Shown piece after piece: positions 19,381 through 28,614 of a stretch of DNA of 64,000 nt (the first letter of the stretch is position 1; each line of letters starts with the position of its first letter). Made by a program: the position numbers and the translations under genes. Location of the stretch: NCBI GenBank assembly GCA_965198945.1, contig CBDAQI010000005.1, positions 34,459 to 98,458 on the forward strand, in the 5' to 3' direction. The notes beneath the pieces were generated by a model, which made no database searches, had not been told where the DNA came from, and saw nothing but the letters and a program-made list of their open reading frames with translations. This stretch comes from Thermodesulfobacteriota bacterium. Its GTDB lineage: Bacteria; Desulfobacterota_D; UBA1144; Nemesobacterales; Mycalebacteriaceae.

Positions 19381-21042
19381 TTAGAATTTCTCCAGCTCTA
19401 CAAAGGAACTCATCCTCCAGTTGGTAAAAGCTCCGTTCTCCATCCTCCACATCAGATAATAAATATCCGAGCTATTGAATTCCAGTATCGGAGTTTCAAG
19501 TTTGAGGTGCGGAACATTAAAGCCCCCGCTGAAGCCTGCCGCTTCGGTTCTGTAAATAACCACATCGTCTGCACCTGCTGTTACTTTCACCAAGAACTGT
19601 AGATATCTCTCACCTCCAATTCTTACACTCCCTGAAGGAAAACCAACACTGGGAGACACCAGCCATTTTATGCGGAAATCCCCGTCCAGAGAGAAGAAAG
19701 TCCTGTTTGGAGTTATGGGATAACTCGTGTTGGTATCAGTGTTGGCCGGCCTGGTCGCCTGAAAACTGGGGGTAATTGTCTGACCGAAATTTTTCAGCCT
19801 ATTCCCCCAGTTGAAGGAACGCGATGTTCCCAAGCTTAAGGGCCTTGTCCCCGCTGTAAATTCACTCTCCGGATACATCTCCACATCTTGCATATATCCC
19901 GTCACTTCGGTCTGATGCTGATGAGGAAATGTCGCAACTCCTTTTAGAACACCAGGGGCGGCGGTATTTGAACCTGAAGATACAGGCGCTTCCTTTTCCA
20001 CCGGAATGCCGTTTTCATCAAAACCCAGAAACTTGTTCGCCATGCCGTGCGCAAGCTGCGCAAGACCAACGGAGTCATCAGTTATCTTGGATTGAGTAAC
20101 GGCACCGTCAGCAAGTTTCGGAGTGGTAACGGCACCATCTGCGATTTTAGATGTCGTAACAGCTCCATCGGCAATGTTGGTCTCTATAATCCCAGATTCC
20201 GGTATTTTCCCCGTCACAATCGCTCCGGGGGCTATGTGTATACTTCCCACAGCATTAGGGGCTATCGTTCCGGGCGTAACAGCTCCGGGGTTTATGTTAA
20301 CGGACTCCACAGCGTTGGGAGCTATCTTCCCCGTAGTAATAGCTCCGGGGGCTAAGTGTATGGAACTTATAGCCCCGTCCGCTATGTTGCCGGACTCCAC
20401 AGCGTTAAGAACCACTTTGCCAACCCCAACGGCTCCGGGCGAAAGCTGCAATTCGCCCACAGCTCCCGGCTCTATGTTTGTGAAAGTTACCGCATTGGCT
20501 CCTATCTTCCCGGAAGTAACCGCTCCATCGGCAAGTTTGATTGAAGTTACAGAAACGTCTGCCACTTCCGCCTGAGCAGTTACACCAACCTCAAAAACCT
20601 GCACCGTCATGCTGTTGTTCAGACGATACAAGGCGAGATTCCCTTTTTCAAAACTTCCTCCGGTGAAGTTGGAAGGAGAAGATGACTCACTCCTTAACAG
20701 AACCTTCAACTGATGGTTGCCGCCTTCCGCTTTCACCATCAGCTTGATATTGAAATCGCGCCGCTCAACATTTGCTGAAGTAAGTTCTCCATCTTCCAGA
20801 TCAAAGTATCTGACACCCCCGTTTCTCAGGAAGTTGGATGAAACCATACTCGCAAAACTCTGCGTCTCAACAGCTGAAGAGCTTGGCGGAGCAAATTCCT
20901 GGCGCGTGTAGTTCAGCCGCGCCGTAATAAGCAGCATCTTGTTCTCAGGAACAGTGTAGCTGCCAACATTTTGGTAAGAACCTTCGGTGGACAAATCCAC
21001 TTGCCCGGTGTTTACACTTCTTAAATTCCAATTTATATTCAT
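19381..21042 (-). CDS. Tail-fibre/adhesin-like protein with 17 tandem 10-aa repeats (ADGAVTTSKI type)
   Basis: AAGGAGGT RBS before ATG 21042, with TATAAT upstream. Central repeats. No evident signal peptide. Confidence 0.7.
   Translation of the reverse strand: MNINWNLRSVNTGQVDLSTEGSYQNVGSYTVPENKMLLITARLNYTRQEFAPPSSSAVETQSFASMVSSNFLRNGGVRYFDLEDGELTSANVERRDFNIKLMVKAEGGNHQLKVLLRSESSSPSNFTGGSFEKGNLALYRLNNSMTVQVFEVGVTAQAEVADVSVTSIKLADGAVTSGKIGANAVTFTNIEPGAVGELQLSPGAVGVGKVVLNAVESGNIADGAISSIHLAPGAITTGKIAPNAVESVNINPGAVTPGTIAPNAVGSIHIAPGAIVTGKIPESGIIETNIADGAVTTSKIADGAVTTPKLADGAVTQSKITDDSVGLAQLAHGMANKFLGFDENGIPVEKEAPVSSGSNTAAPGVLKGVATFPHQHQTEVTGYMQDVEMYPESEFTAGTRPLSLGTSRSFNWGNRLKNFGQTITPSFQATRPANTDTNTSYPITPNRTFFSLDGDFRIKWLVSPSVGFPSGSVRIGGERYLQFLVKVTAGADDVVIYRTEAAGFSGGFNVPHLKLETPILEFNSSDIYYLMWRMENGAFTNWRMSSFVELEKF
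20053..20562 (-). repeat. Coding tandem repeat, 30-nt unit (about 17 copies)
   Basis: GCTCCGGGG recurs at 60-nt spacing on the + strand. Protein units follow [AP]-[DP]-[GN]-A-[VI]-x-x-x-x-[IL]. Confidence 0.85.
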
Positions 21043-21263
21043 AAGGTTTGATACCTCCTTATTGTAGATTTGGACGGCCCGTTTGCCGGGCAATCCATAA
21101 TTGGGATTTACTTGCATTATAGGAAAAATTATTTCCTCTGACCAAAAAATATGAAAAAAGATAAAGACCAATGTTTACGGGGGTGAAGTGATGAAAGGGA
21201 TGAGGGGTTTTCTGCAAAAGCTGAACCGTTTCTTGCAAAAAACGGCCGTTTTTACCTGCTTGT

Positions 21264-21375
21264 GACTTCCGTGCCTGACAAGAAATCAGAGATTTTTACA
21301 GATGTCCTAATACTGGATTCCCGCTTTCGCGGGAATGACGGAGAAGCGGTAATGACAAGGAAATGCGGTAACTAC
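21264..21375 (+). repeat. Second dRS3-like palindromic element
   Basis: AATACTGGATTCCCGCTTTCGCGGGAATGAC at 21309-21339, followed by GGTAATGAC and GGTAACTAC. Confidence 0.75.
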
Positions 21376-21390
21376 GAAACTCTCATTGCC

Positions 21391-21423
21391 CCGCCGTTTT
21401 AGAGGTGTTATAACTATTCAAAT
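21391..21423 (+). repeat. 33-bp direct repeat, copy 2
   Basis: CCGCCGTTTTAGAGGTGTTATAACTATTCAAAT. Confidence 0.85.
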
Positions 21424-21500
21424 GTGTGGACTGCAAATTAGGTCCATACTACAAAATAAAACGCTTACATGAGTATTGCCGTTTAATTCATATGTAAAAT

Positions 21501-22994
21501 ATGTTCACCTCAAAACTTTTTTCAGTCCCCGTAACTCTATTCTTACTTTTTTACCCTTCCGTGTCCCATGCGGGAATTGATGAATCCATAGAAAAAGCCG
21601 TAAAACCGCTCGCAGATTTTATGCTGAAGTGGGTTTTCTACTCCGTTCCGCTTTTCGGCGCGGAAATAAAACTCATTGTCGCCCTGCTCGTCGGAGCAAC
21701 TTTAATATGCACAGTCTATTTCAAATTTATAAATATCAGAGCTTTCCGAAAAGCAATAGCGCTTGTAAGAGGCAAAGAAGACAGAGACGAAAAAGCTCCG
21801 GGAGAAGTCGGGCACTTTCAGGCGCTGGCAACCGCATGCGCGGCGACGGTCGGGATGGGCAACATAGCGGGTGTTGCAATAGCCGTTTCAAAAGGAGGCC
21901 CCGGGGCGACTTTCTGGATGATCGTTGCGGGGTTTCTCGGCATGTCACTCAAATTCTGCGAATGCACTCTTGCGGTTAGATACCGCAGACAAAATCCGGA
22001 CGGTTCCGTATCCGGAGGACCTATGTATTACCTGTCAAGAGGGTTTGCAGAGATTGGGAGAAAGAACCTGGGAAAAGTTCTTGCCGTGCTGTTCGCCATT
22101 TTCTGTGTGGGCGGGGCCATCGGCGCAGGCTCCATTTTTCAGGCAAACCAGGCGTTTACTCAAATCAGACAGATTGCCGGAGAATCTGCGGACCTGTCAG
22201 GATGGTTCTTCGGAATAGGGCTGGCTTTTGCTCTCGGTCTCGTAATAATCGGCGGAATAAAGCAGATAGCACGCGTAACGGAAAAAGTGGTTCCTTTCAT
22301 GGCGGTTTTATATGTGGGAGCGGCGCTCGCCGTTATAGCGCTTGAAATTGACCGGCTTCCCGAAGCCATTGGTCTCATAGTGCGGGGCGCATTCACTCCG
22401 GAAGGGGTTGAGGGCGGAATGCTGGGAGTTATGATATGGGGATTTCAAAGAGCGGCATTTTCAAACGAAGCAGGGCTCGGCTCGGCCGCAATCGCACACA
22501 GCGCGGTAAAAACACGCTATCCCGCAACCGAGGGCATCGTCGCACTCCTTGAGCCTTTCATAGATACGGTGGTTATATGCACGATGACTTCTCTTGTAAT
22601 AGTCCTGACGGAGGCATACCAGATTACACAGGGGAGTCTCGGGGGGATTGAAATCACATCGGCCGCTTTCGCCTCTTCAATACAGTGGTTTCCTTATGTG
22701 CTGGCTTTCGCGGCGCTTCTGTTCGCCTTTTCCACAATGATATCCTGGAGCTATTACGGACTTAAATCCTGGACATTTCTGTTTGGAGAAACACGGAAAA
22801 ATAAAAACGCTTTTAACATAATATTCTGCGTTTTTGTAATAATCGGCTCGGCATCCAGTCTGTCATCCGTTGTGAACATATCGGATTCGCTCATATTTCT
22901 CATGGCGCTTGTAAATCTGATAGGGGTTTTCTCTCTTATGGGCAAGACAAGGGAGGAGCTTGAAATCTATCGTAAAAATACAAAGAAATTTTAA
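21501..22994 (+). CDS. Alanine/glycine:cation symporter (AGCS family)
   Basis: TVGMGNIAGVA, GGPGA.FWM, GGPMYY and FSNEAGLGS motifs. Confidence 0.95.
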   Translation: MFTSKLFSVPVTLFLLFYPSVSHAGIDESIEKAVKPLADFMLKWVFYSVPLFGAEIKLIVALLVGATLICTVYFKFINIRAFRKAIALVRGKEDRDEKAPGEVGHFQALATACAATVGMGNIAGVAIAVSKGGPGATFWMIVAGFLGMSLKFCECTLAVRYRRQNPDGSVSGGPMYYLSRGFAEIGRKNLGKVLAVLFAIFCVGGAIGAGSIFQANQAFTQIRQIAGESADLSGWFFGIGLAFALGLVIIGGIKQIARVTEKVVPFMAVLYVGAALAVIALEIDRLPEAIGLIVRGAFTPEGVEGGMLGVMIWGFQRAAFSNEAGLGSAAIAHSAVKTRYPATEGIVALLEPFIDTVVICTMTSLVIVLTEAYQITQGSLGGIEITSAAFASSIQWFPYVLAFAALLFAFSTMISWSYYGLKSWTFLFGETRKNKNAFNIIFCVFVIIGSASSLSSVVNISDSLIFLMALVNLIGVFSLMGKTREELEIYRKNTKKF

Positions 22995-24286
22995 GATTTT
23001 TTGCTGAAAAAAGTGCTTCTGACTCTGAAAATATCCTCAATCTGGTGCAGAAATATGCCCGCAAGACCGAGCGTTGTAACAATGAGAACCGGGAAATATC
23101 CACCCACCGCCGCGAAAAAAACGAAAGCGAGAGAGTAGAAATTTCTTCTCATAACCGGACGCAGAAAAGCCATCAAACGCCGGACCGGCGAAAGCTCCCC
23201 CCCAGCCATAAATTCATCAATACGGTGGTATGAAACCAGACTCCCGGAATCCACATATCGGGAAATGAAAAAGAGAGTCCAAACTAGAAAGAAAAGAAAA
23301 ATTGAAAGATTAACAACCCCCAGCCACAAAGCCAGAGGCTGATTGTCACCATGCAGGTAGTAGCCGACCGGGACACTTATGACAAAACCCGCTATGGTAA
23401 TCTGGTCGCTTATGGTGTCAACCCACTCGCCTCTTTTGGTTGTCATGAGTTTCAGCCTTGCAACCTCGCCATCACAACGGTCAAGAACAGCGGCAATTTG
23501 CATACAAACCGCGCCCAGAAACGGATAGCCCGCCAGATATGAAATGATGCACGGCACGCCCGCCAGAATATTCGTCAGAACGCTTATGTGGTTTGGAGTA
23601 AGCGATGTTTCACGCGCAAGCCATGAACTTATGGGCAGAGAGAGCCTGCCGTTGATATTTCTGGCTATCCATCCGGTTGATGTTTTGCCGACACTTGAAG
23701 ACAAAAGACGCCATGCACCGGAAAGAGACGACGGAGTTGTTTCAAGGTTCATGGCATAGAAATCCGGGGCAACTTCGTATTCTCTCACCCCTTCCTTTCT
23801 GTAGCGCCCGAACCATCTGGACATATCACAATCTTCAAGAAGATCCGCCACGGCTTCGTGCTCAACTATGACGGCACCCAGCTGTTTTGTGGATTTTTCC
23901 CCCAAAGAATCCTCTTCTGAAATTTGCATTAAAACCGCCCCTCCGCCGGAAGGTTTTTCAACGGCAAACCGCTCCAAAAGAGCGGGCTTAAAAAACAGGT
24001 TTGACTGCAGTATCATGAATCCGTTTTCGGGTGCACGGCCGCTCAGACTTGTGCCTGGTGCGGAGAAGTTTATTTTCGCCTTCCCTGAAACGGATTCGGG
24101 AAGCATATCTCTGAGCACGGATTCAGATTCCTCTGAAACAATTGTTATATTCTTGATTCCTGCCTTCAGGCATGAACGGACAATTCTGCGGAGCTGTGTC
24201 AGGCCGCCCACTGAAATTTCAAGGAATTCATCCAGGGATTCACCTCGCAGGCCCGTCCCGCAAAACAGAATCAGAGCGTCTTTCAT
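22991..24286 (-). CDS. CDP-alcohol phosphatidyltransferase family protein with degenerate N-terminal nucleotidyltransferase-like domain
   Basis: TPN motif and signature DRCDGEVAR-x8-G-x3-D-x3-D. Confidence 0.85.
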   Translation of the reverse strand: MKDALILFCGTGLRGESLDEFLEISVGGLTQLRRIVRSCLKAGIKNITIVSEESESVLRDMLPESVSGKAKINFSAPGTSLSGRAPENGFMILQSNLFFKPALLERFAVEKPSGGGAVLMQISEEDSLGEKSTKQLGAVIVEHEAVADLLEDCDMSRWFGRYRKEGVREYEVAPDFYAMNLETTPSSLSGAWRLLSSSVGKTSTGWIARNINGRLSLPISSWLARETSLTPNHISVLTNILAGVPCIISYLAGYPFLGAVCMQIAAVLDRCDGEVARLKLMTTKRGEWVDTISDQITIAGFVISVPVGYYLHGDNQPLALWLGVVNLSIFLFFLVWTLFFISRYVDSGSLVSYHRIDEFMAGGELSPVRRLMAFLRPVMRRNFYSLAFVFFAAVGGYFPVLIVTTLGLAGIFLHQIEDIFRVRSTFFSKKS

Positions 24287-24293
24287 CAGAGTG

Positions 24294-25082
24294 CTACCCC
24301 GAAGACACTATCTTTAGAGGTTTTCCGGCAAAGTAAGAACGTCTTCCGCCGCTGAACACAAATTTTCTTGAATTGTTCTTGGCCACAAACAAATCTTTGG
24401 GATAGTCAACATCCATCCAGAACATATCGCCTATGTCAAAAGGCCTTATTTTGTAACCTTTATTCAAAAGTCTCTGTATGCATGACACATACCATTTCTG
24501 GCGAACGTTCCCTCCGCGCATTTCCTCTTCCGAAGCCCTTTTTATCATCTCAACTCCGGTGCCCCTGAATATGCGCACCCCGACCGATTCGTAATCTATA
24601 TGGTCTTCAATATCTTTTGTCACAAGAGACACGCAGCCTTTTTCCATTCTGACTTTCATGTCTTCTTTGTCATAGGATTTTTTCTTTTTAACCGGCAGCA
24701 CGATGCTTTCCCCCCTTGAATTGATCATGCTGTCAAGAATGTCTATTTCAAAAATATCGTCTCCGTTCATTATTACGAGGTCGTCATTCATCTCACCTCT
24801 CGCCAGACACAGAGAAACCAGACTGTTTGTGGTTTGATAGAACGGGTTGTAAAGAGTTTTGATTCTCATTCCAAGGCTGTCATAACTGCGAAGAAAAGAC
24901 TCAATCTTCTCAAAACCGAAACCGACCACTATGACAACGTCATTTATGCCGCAGTCTCTTATGTGGTTTATCTGATTCTCAAGTATTGAAGTGCCGCCCA
25001 CATTGAGCAGACATTTGGGAACATATTCGGTGTAAGGATGCAGCCTGCTCCCCAGACCCGCGGCAAGAATAATAGCTTTCAT
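24294..25082 (-). CDS. Phosphocholine/inositol-phosphate cytidylyltransferase-family nucleotidyltransferase
   Basis: ILAAGLGSRL...PKCL, NPFY..TNS..SL, NGD and W.DVD.P.DL motifs. Confidence 0.85.
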   Translation of the reverse strand: MKAIILAAGLGSRLHPYTEYVPKCLLNVGGTSILENQINHIRDCGINDVVIVVGFGFEKIESFLRSYDSLGMRIKTLYNPFYQTTNSLVSLCLARGEMNDDLVIMNGDDIFEIDILDSMINSRGESIVLPVKKKKSYDKEDMKVRMEKGCVSLVTKDIEDHIDYESVGVRIFRGTGVEMIKRASEEEMRGGNVRQKWYVSCIQRLLNKGYKIRPFDIGDMFWMDVDYPKDLFVAKNNSRKFVFSGGRRSYFAGKPLKIVSSG

Positions 25083-25200
25083 TCAATAATCTCCAAAACG
25101 AATAACTAAATAAAATCGGAAAGGTATAAAAACGACAGCCGTTAAAAACCAGCCATCAAACTGTGCCAATTATCTCTCTAAAAAAAACAAATTTCAAGAG

Positions 25201-25602
25201 TTATTGTTCCTTGCCGACCTCCGGTATTGTAAACGCGCTTACCTCATGCTTGACATATTTGATGTTGTTTTCCTCATCAACATAAACAAACTTGGGGTTG
25301 TGGTTTTTGCATTCTTCCTCATTATATGAAGCAAAAGACGCTATGATAAGTGAATCCCCCTCACGGGCGAGGTGAGCCGCCGCCCCGTTGACACATACCG
25401 CATTTGTGCCTCTTTCGCCCTCTATGACATATGTGAAGAACCTGTGCCCGTTAGTAACGTTGAATATGGAGACCTTCTCGTGAACAAGAATGTCCGCCGC
25501 CTCCATAAGAACTGGGTCAAGGGTGAGGCTGCCTTCATATTCAAGGTCGGCTTCGGTAACGACAGCCTTGTGAATCTTGGATTTAAGCAAACTTCTTTTG
25601 AT
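25201..25602 (-). CDS. panD: Aspartate 1-decarboxylase (apparent ATC start)
   Basis: KSKIH, YEG/SLT self-cleavage site and NGAAA. Sits in the panBCD cluster. Confidence 0.95.
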   Translation of the reverse strand: MKRSLLKSKIHKAVVTEADLEYEGSLTLDPVLMEAADILVHEKVSIFNVTNGHRFFTYVIEGERGTNAVCVNGAAAHLAREGDSLIIASFASYNEEECKNHNPKFVYVDEENNIKYVKHEVSAFTIPEVGKEQ

Positions 25603-25617
25603 GATGAGTCTCCTTTT

Positions 25618-26463
25618 TCAAAACCTTATGTTGTCTATAAGACGCGCCCTACCGACCCTTGCGGCAACGGCCGCGAGACTTCCCCGTGACGGATTTTCAA
25701 TCGGAACGAGGGTTTCAGGATTACAAATCTCAAGGTAGTCAACATCTATCCCTTCTCCGGCAAGAAAATCCCGTCCATCCTTCAAGATCTCCGCGCTCCG
25801 GCGGATTCCCGATTCAAAAAGCCGCTTCATTCTAAACAAAACAAGTGAAATCGCAACCGCTCTCTGTTTCTCCTCTTCTGAAAGGTATTCATTTCTTGAA
25901 CTTATGGCAAGACCCGTATCTTCTCTGACAGTTGGGACTGAGACTATTTCAATATCAAGGTTGAGGTCTCTGACCGCTCTTTTTACTATGACAAGCTGCT
26001 GAAAATCCTTCTCTCCAAAACCGGCCACATCCGGTTTGACGATATTAAAAAGTTTGACCACAACCGTTGCCACTCCCTTGAAATGACCCGGTCTTGAGAG
26101 GCCGCAAAGAAATTTCTGCGCCTCCTCAACCTCAACCGAGGTTTGGAAACCCGGAGGGTATATCTCTTCAGACGACGGGAGAAAAACCGCGTCAATCCCG
26201 GCGGCGGAGAGCCTGTCAATATCGCCTTCCTCATCCCTCTTATATCCGTCGTAGTCTTCACCGGCGGAAAACTGGAGAGGGTTGACAAAAATACTTGCCA
26301 CGCAAGTGTCCGCCCGTGCCGAAGTTTTCTCCACAACACGCAAATGCCCCTTGTGTATAGACCCCATTGTCGAAACGAGCGCCACCTTTTTCCCGTTTCT
26401 CCGCGCCGAATATGAGTAAGACCTCATTTCCTCAACAGTTCTTATGACCGCGGGCGGGCTCAT
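25618..26463 (-). CDS. panC: Pantoate--beta-alanine ligase
   Basis: TMG.IHKGH, SIFVNPLQF, RPGHF, FGEKDFQQ and RLIDN motifs. Confidence 0.96.
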   Translation of the reverse strand: MSPPAVIRTVEEMRSYSYSARRNGKKVALVSTMGSIHKGHLRVVEKTSARADTCVASIFVNPLQFSAGEDYDGYKRDEEGDIDRLSAAGIDAVFLPSSEEIYPPGFQTSVEVEEAQKFLCGLSRPGHFKGVATVVVKLFNIVKPDVAGFGEKDFQQLVIVKRAVRDLNLDIEIVSVPTVREDTGLAISSRNEYLSEEEKQRAVAISLVLFRMKRLFESGIRRSAEILKDGRDFLAGEGIDVDYLEICNPETLVPIENPSRGSLAAVAARVGRARLIDNIRF

Positions 26464-27275
26464 TTTTCCCCGTCCTCCGAAGCGGGAAACAAACCATTTC
26501 TGACCTCTCCCGCATACTCTTTGGTCGCGTTGATAAAAACCTTTCTGGCTTCAGAGTATTTTTTTACAAATCCTGGAAGTTCCCCCCCGGAAAGACCGAC
26601 CATATCATCAAAAACAAGTATTTGTCCGTCGCACCCGCCGCCCGAACCGATTCCTATAACCGGTATTTCAACCTCCGAAGTTATGCGGGATGCAAGTTCC
26701 GGCGGAACGCATTCGGCAATCAGGGCAACTGCGCCCTCCCGCGCGCACTCAAGCGCAAGTTCCAGTATCTTTTTTGCCGAACCGGGAGTCCGTCCCTGAA
26801 CCCCGTATCCGCCGAGCAGGTTCACAGATTGCGGACACAAGCCAACATGAGCCACAACGGGAATTCCGGCATCGGTGACGGCGCCAACGGTTTTTGTGTA
26901 TCTGCCTGCTCCGACTTCTATTTTTACAGACTCCGCGCCGCCTTGCTTTACAAGACGGCCGGCGTTTTTCACGGCATCGTAGTCGCTTGTCTGATAAGAA
27001 AGAAAAGGCATATCAACGCAAAGATGCGCCGTCTTCACTCCGCGCGCGACATTGCAGGTGTGGTATATCATCTCTGTCATGGTGACAGAAACCGTGCTCT
27101 CAAGACCCTGAACAACATTTCCGAGAGAATCGCCCACAAGAACAATTTCAACATATGGGTCAACAATGGACGCGACCGGCCAGTCATATGCGGTTATGGC
27201 GACTATTTTGCGCCCTTCCCGTTTCATGCGCTTGAGGCGCGTAACTCTGATTTTTTTTGTTCCCGTATCTTTCAC
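26460..27275 (-). CDS. panB: 3-methyl-2-oxobutanoate hydroxymethyltransferase
   Basis: TAYD, LVGDSLG, DMPF.SY and GIGSG..CDGQILV motifs. Likely GTG start at 27275. Confidence 0.95.
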   Translation of the reverse strand: MKDTGTKKIRVTRLKRMKREGRKIVAITAYDWPVASIVDPYVEIVLVGDSLGNVVQGLESTVSVTMTEMIYHTCNVARGVKTAHLCVDMPFLSYQTSDYDAVKNAGRLVKQGGAESVKIEVGAGRYTKTVGAVTDAGIPVVAHVGLCPQSVNLLGGYGVQGRTPGSAKKILELALECAREGAVALIAECVPPELASRITSEVEIPVIGIGSGGGCDGQILVFDDMVGLSGGELPGFVKKYSEARKVFINATKEYAGEVRNGLFPASEDGEK

Positions 27276-27381
27276 CGCCGCAAACCTCAAAAGGCGCAAC
27301 AAATCTAACAGGCAAAAGCGGAGCGGGAAAGGCCGGGAGAATGATTGAAATTCAAGAGCAGTAAAATATAATGGCTCTGAT

Positions 27382-28575
27382 ATGAAAGGTTCGGTCGGGA
27401 GGTGGAAATCACCCCTAATAGAAAGCCTCCCCGAATACGTCTTCAGCACGGTTGACAAACTCAAGAAAGACGCACGGGCAAGGGGGCAAGACATAATTGA
27501 CCTTGGCATGGGAAACCCGGACCGCCCCACGCCGAACCACATAGTTGAAAAACTCATGGAAGCGTCAGCAAAGCCGCGCAATCACCGCTATTCAATGTCT
27601 GCGGGAATACCCAACCTGAGAAAAGCCGTTTGCGGCTGGTATAAGAGAAAGTTCAAAGTAAGCTTGAACCCGGAAACAGAGGCGGTCGCCACAATGGGCA
27701 TCAAAGAGGGAATTTCCCATCTTATGACATGCCTTCTTTCACCGGGAGACCGTGTAATAGTGCCGACCCCGGCCTACCCGATACACCCCTACTCGGTAAC
27801 AATAGCCGGAGGCGCCCCTTTGGAAGTTCCCATTGACACCGACCCCGACACTTTTGTCCGCTCAATGGAAAAAGCCTTGCGCGGGAACAAGAGAAAAACC
27901 AAAGCGGTTTTAATCTCTTTTCCAAACAATCCCACGACAAAAACGGCGGATATTGGGTTGTTTGAAAAGGTGGTTGATTTCGCACGTGAAGCCGGAATTC
28001 TGGTTATTCACGATCTTGCATATGCGGAAATCTGTTTTGAACGCACTCCTCCGAGCATAATGCAGGTCAAAGGGGCCAAGGATGTGGCGGTTGAATTTTA
28101 TTCTCTTTCAAAAACCTACAACATGCCCGGCTGGAGGGTGGGTTTTATGGTCGGGAACACCGAAGTTGTGTCTCATTTGAAAAAAATCAAAAGCTATCTT
28201 GACTACGGAATTTTTCAGCCGATACAGATATCCGCGATTCTGGCAATGAACGGCCCCCAGAAGTGCGTTGACGAAGTGAGAGAAACATACAGATCCAGAC
28301 GGGACAAGCTCATCAGGTCTTTCGGCAAGGCCGGGTGGGAGATTGCCCCCCCGGAGGCGACAATGTTTGTCTGGGCGCCGCTGCCACCGCAATTTGAAAA
28401 AATGGGCTCGCTGGAATTCTCAAAGATGCTGATAAAAAAGGCCGGAGTGGCTTCCTCCCCGGGAGTGGGTTTCGGGAAAAACGGCGAAGGTTTTGTGCGG
28501 CTCGCGCTTGTGGAAAATGAAAAAAGGATAGGGCAGGCGGCGCGCAGCATAAAAAGGTTTCTCTGCGGGCCCTAA
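27382..28575 (+). CDS. PLP-dependent class I/II aminotransferase (AlaC-like)
   Basis: DLGMGNPD, NPT, HDLAY and SLSKTYNMPGWRVG motifs. Confidence 0.9.
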   Translation: MKGSVGRWKSPLIESLPEYVFSTVDKLKKDARARGQDIIDLGMGNPDRPTPNHIVEKLMEASAKPRNHRYSMSAGIPNLRKAVCGWYKRKFKVSLNPETEAVATMGIKEGISHLMTCLLSPGDRVIVPTPAYPIHPYSVTIAGGAPLEVPIDTDPDTFVRSMEKALRGNKRKTKAVLISFPNNPTTKTADIGLFEKVVDFAREAGILVIHDLAYAEICFERTPPSIMQVKGAKDVAVEFYSLSKTYNMPGWRVGFMVGNTEVVSHLKKIKSYLDYGIFQPIQISAILAMNGPQKCVDEVRETYRSRRDKLIRSFGKAGWEIAPPEATMFVWAPLPPQFEKMGSLEFSKMLIKKAGVASSPGVGFGKNGEGFVRLALVENEKRIGQAARSIKRFLCGP

Positions 28576-28614
28576 ACGATATCCCCGTCCGCCGAGACGG
28601 TGCCGCGGCGGACG

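Noticed and set aside
21060..21115. Possible c-di-GMP riboswitch in the leader of the repeat-protein gene
   Set aside because: Only one hairpin (GCCCG-GCAAA-CGGGC); the other conserved elements are missing.
26460..27581. 373-aa PanB with a long N-terminal extension overlapping the aminotransferase
   Set aside because: The extension is antisense to the aminotransferase start; PanB similarity begins near GTG 27275.
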